From positions 1 through 29,480 of the forward strand of contig CAXBPH010000062.1 in NCBI GenBank assembly GCA_963977445.1: a stretch of DNA of 29,480 nt. The letters are read 5' to 3'. The notes under the pieces are model-generated. The model had not been told where the DNA came from and did not search any database. It was given only the letters and a program-made list of their open reading frames with translations. Source of the stretch: an uncultured bacterium (GTDB lineage Bacteria; Hydrogenedentota; Hydrogenedentia; Hydrogenedentales; JAEUWI01). Positions 26,929 through 29,480 of the stretch are shown piece by piece (position 1 is the stretch's first letter; each line of letters starts with the position of its first letter). Position numbers and translations under genes: made by a program.

Positions 26929-28374
26929 ATGAAACATATGGGATTTCTCACGTTGAGCGCACTGGGGCTGGGGTTGCTCTGTGGTGCGAGTCCGGCACCC
27001 GCCGGCTACGTATTGACCGAATTGTCCGGAGAGTCCAAGGCATGTATCGAATGCCACAAAATGCAAAGTACCGTGATCTATGAGCAGTGGGGGGATAGCA
27101 AGCACTTTCGGGGCAACATCGGCTGCTTTGAGTGTCACAAGGCGGAGCGTGAAGATTTAGATGCCTATGATCACTATGGCGAGGTCATTGCCACCATTGT
27201 GAGTCCCAAAGACTGTGCCCGTTGCCACGAAAAAGAAGTGGAGCAGTTCGTCGCATCCCACCATGCAAAGGCGGCCCGAATTCTCGGCTCTCTTGACAAT
27301 GTTCTTGCGGAAGTTGTGGAAGGGAACAACGGTTTTGTGACCCCCATGTTTCCCATGGGTGTCTCGGCGGCAGCGGTAAACGGTTGTTGGCAGTGTCATG
27401 GGTCCGAAGTGAAAGTCATGGACAATGGCCGACTGGACCCGGCGACCTGGCCCAATTCGGGTATCGGGCGCATTAATCCCGATGGCTCTGAGGGCTCCTG
27501 CTCGGCATGCCATTCACGCCATGCCTTCTCGGTGGAGCAAGTGCGTAATCCCGAAAACTGTGGTAAGTGCCACATGGGACCTGACCATCCCCAGATCGAA
27601 ATTTATAACGAATCTAAACATGGAGTCGCATTCCGGGCCAACATCGATAAGATGAACATGGACAGTCCGAAATGGATTGTGGGCGAAGACTACAGCGCCG
27701 CTCCTACCTGTGCGACGTGCCATATGAGTGCGACCAAGGACCAGCCAGTTACACACGACGTGGGTATGCGGATCAGCTGGAACAATCGACCGGCGATTTC
27801 CGTTCGGCCGGAAGTTTCCGATGCGAAAATGGATTTGCCGGGTAAAGATGTGAGTTGGGAGGAGCGACGGGCGAACATGCAGAACGTCTGCATAAACTGT
27901 CACAACCAGAATTACGTCGATGCCTTCTATATCCAATATGATGGTCTTATCGATCTCTATCATGAGAAATTTGCCGAGCCGGGAATCGAGTTGATGGAGA
28001 TGGCAAAGCCACTTATGAAACCCGTGGCCTTCGGAAATAAGATCGACTGGACCTGGTTTGAGCTCTGGCACCACGAAGGTCGGCGTGCCCGTCACGGTGC
28101 TTCAATGATGGGCCCGGATATCACACACTGGCACGGGACCTATGAGATCGCCAAGCATTTTTACTCGAAGTTGATACCTGAGTTGGAAGAACTCGTCGAA
28201 AAAGGTCGGGCGTCGGAAGATCCGGAGAAAATAAACGCTGCCGATCTTCTGGAAGCGAAGATTGAAGAAGTGCTCAGTAGCAATAATCACCGCTGGTTCA
28301 ATGGCGAAATGGACGAGGCCGAGAAGGCGGAACGCCAGAAGCGGACGGAAGAATTCAAAGCCCGGTATAAATAA
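26929..28374 (+). CDS. Octaheme hydroxylamine-oxidoreductase-family cytochrome c (epsilon-HAO-like, probably reductive)
   Basis: Signal peptide and eight CxxCH (CIECH, CFECH, CARCH, CWQCH, CSACH, CGKCH, CATCH, CINCH). HAO motifs CHMGPDHPQIEIYNESKHG, APTCATCHM and HHEGRRARHGASMMGPD.THWHG. AAGGAG RBS. Confidence 0.92.
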   Translation: MKHMGFLTLSALGLGLLCGASPAPAGYVLTELSGESKACIECHKMQSTVIYEQWGDSKHFRGNIGCFECHKAEREDLDAYDHYGEVIATIVSPKDCARCHEKEVEQFVASHHAKAARILGSLDNVLAEVVEGNNGFVTPMFPMGVSAAAVNGCWQCHGSEVKVMDNGRLDPATWPNSGIGRINPDGSEGSCSACHSRHAFSVEQVRNPENCGKCHMGPDHPQIEIYNESKHGVAFRANIDKMNMDSPKWIVGEDYSAAPTCATCHMSATKDQPVTHDVGMRISWNNRPAISVRPEVSDAKMDLPGKDVSWEERRANMQNVCINCHNQNYVDAFYIQYDGLIDLYHEKFAEPGIELMEMAKPLMKPVAFGNKIDWTWFELWHHEGRRARHGASMMGPDITHWHGTYEIAKHFYSKLIPELEELVEKGRASEDPEKINAADLLEAKIEEVLSSNNHRWFNGEMDEAEKAERQKRTEEFKARYK

Positions 28375-28385
28375 GCGAGCGAAGT

Positions 28386-28850
28386 ATGACCGATGAAGCA
28401 GAGAGCATACCCTCTCCCGAGGATATGATAAAAATGTTGTGGGCACATGCTGATGGGGCTGCCGAGCGTGCGTTAGAGCAGCTCGGCACCCCGCTGTGCA
28501 GTAACAATTTGTCGACATTCTTGAGCGACGATGCTTGTTTGCGTTTTTCGACATCGCTGCTCTATACGGAGGAGGGGTTGGAGAACGGTCAGTTCGCCCA
28601 GCCATTTTTCTATACGGAAGGGGAATCGCGCTGTTGTAAGTTACATATTCACCCCCGCTATAAGCGCCTGTCGGAGGCCATTCCCTACCTGGTGGCCTAT
28701 ATGGTGGCCCCGATTAACTATGGTGAGGTGGCTGACAGCGAGTTGTGTGAGCACTTGGGCTCCATGTTGGTAAAGGTGGATCGGGAGACGTTCTATCAGG
28801 AGATTTGCAGATTGGCCGATTGGCGGCCTTCTGCAGGCGACAATGTGTGA
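28386..28850 (+). CDS. Hypothetical protein directly downstream of the HAO-like gene
   Basis: 154-aa ORF starting 11 nt after the HAO stop; globular, soluble composition. Confidence 0.7.
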   Translation: MTDEAESIPSPEDMIKMLWAHADGAAERALEQLGTPLCSNNLSTFLSDDACLRFSTSLLYTEEGLENGQFAQPFFYTEGESRCCKLHIHPRYKRLSEAIPYLVAYMVAPINYGEVADSELCEHLGSMLVKVDRETFYQEICRLADWRPSAGDNV

Positions 28851-29167
28851 ACGTAGCTACGATTTTTGCCACTATGAAGTTACGGACTCAATATGCGTTG
28901 AACAGCGTCAAGCAGGGTCTGGAAGCGGTAGGGTTTCCTGATATGACCGGCGGCATTGGCAATCATATATGGGTTGTTGGTTTCGATGGGCTAAGACCAG
29001 CCGTGGCAGGTTTGGTGGTCAATACTACGGCAGAATTAGACAATTCCGCTCTCCATTCGCTAAGGTTACCGGCACACGTTGTGGTCATTCACGTTCCGCG
29101 AAGCTCAACGCACGTGGACTTAATGCCAACTTCTATCTGGCACAGTCACCAATTTGTTCTATCGTAG
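28847..29167 (+). CDS. Possible small hypothetical protein
   Basis: An in-frame GTG at 28847 overlaps the upstream stop (GTGA) and the ORF fills the gap to the aldolase. No recognisable motif. Confidence 0.3.
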   Translation: MNVATIFATMKLRTQYALNSVKQGLEAVGFPDMTGGIGNHIWVVGFDGLRPAVAGLVVNTTAELDNSALHSLRLPAHVVVIHVPRSSTHVDLMPTSIWHSHQFVLS

Positions 29168-29193
29168 CATAGCATACAGAAAGAGAGTAGACA

Positions 29194-29480
29194 GTGGACG
29201 GTATCGCCCTCAAAGCAGCCCTGCGCGCCGGGAAACGGGTCTACGGGTCTTGTGTAGTATCTCCTTCGCCTTTGTGGCCTGCCATGATAGCCGGAACAGG
29301 CCTCGACTTCGTCTTTATCGACACGGAGCACATCCCCCTGGAGCGCGAGACGGTTTCCTGGATGTGCCAGTCTTTTGCCGCCCGAAATCTGGCCCCGGTG
29401 GTCCGTATTCCGTCGCCCGATGCGTATGAAGCGTGCAAAGTGTTGGATGGGGGGGCTGTTGGCGTCGTGGCACCCTACCT
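29194..29480 (+). CDS. HpcH/HpaI-family class II aldolase, 5' part (runs off the window)
   Basis: Not in the ORF track. Manual translation from GTG 29194 gives MDGIALKAALRAGKRVYG...GLDFVFIDTEH...PVVRIP...KVLDGGAVGVVAPY, containing the typical DxEH, VR and LDxGAxG motifs. Confidence 0.88.
   Translation, partial: MDGIALKAALRAGKRVYGSCVVSPSPLWPAMIAGTGLDFVFIDTEHIPLERETVSWMCQSFAARNLAPVVRIPSPDAYEACKVLDGGAVGVVAPY

Noticed and set aside
26929..28374. Evidence for nitrification or anammox
   Set aside because: No amo, cycA or hzs context in the window, and the apparent lack of the cross-linking Tyr points to a reductive enzyme.
29154..29429. ORF-track calls 29154-29429, 29146-29331 and 29241-29438
   Set aside because: They overlap the aldolase reading frame starting at 29194, which carries clear family motifs.

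Overview
Gene-dense, GC-rich bacterial window. The NH-x-x-GG-x-V-x-Y-x-DGHVEF type H-X9-DG/DUF1559-like domains, the DUF1080 protein and many secreted glycosidase-like proteins suggest a PVC-associated lineage such as Hydrogenedentota; this is an inference only. Contents in order: a GNAT-deacetylase fusion; a DUF1080 protein; two divergent secreted glycosidase-like genes; a tandem pair of paralogous unknown membrane proteins; a PadR / HAAS-VIT-PEP-CTERM / exosortase operon; a third secreted glycosidase-like protein; a PAS histidine kinase with no response regulator in the window; a HAAS-like membrane protein with three tandem DUF1559/H-X9-DG-like domains; a tetraheme cytochrome c / Fe-S / NrfD / octaheme HAO-like operon; and a truncated HpcH/HpaI aldolase. 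The most unusual non-coding signal is a modular REP/REPIN-like repeat family, with units bounded by GGGTGGCAC...GTGCCACCC. It occurs at three loci in circularly permuted order, brackets two gene blocks, and supplies one arm of a terminator hairpin. All family calls are from motif recognition by eye; no database searches were run.
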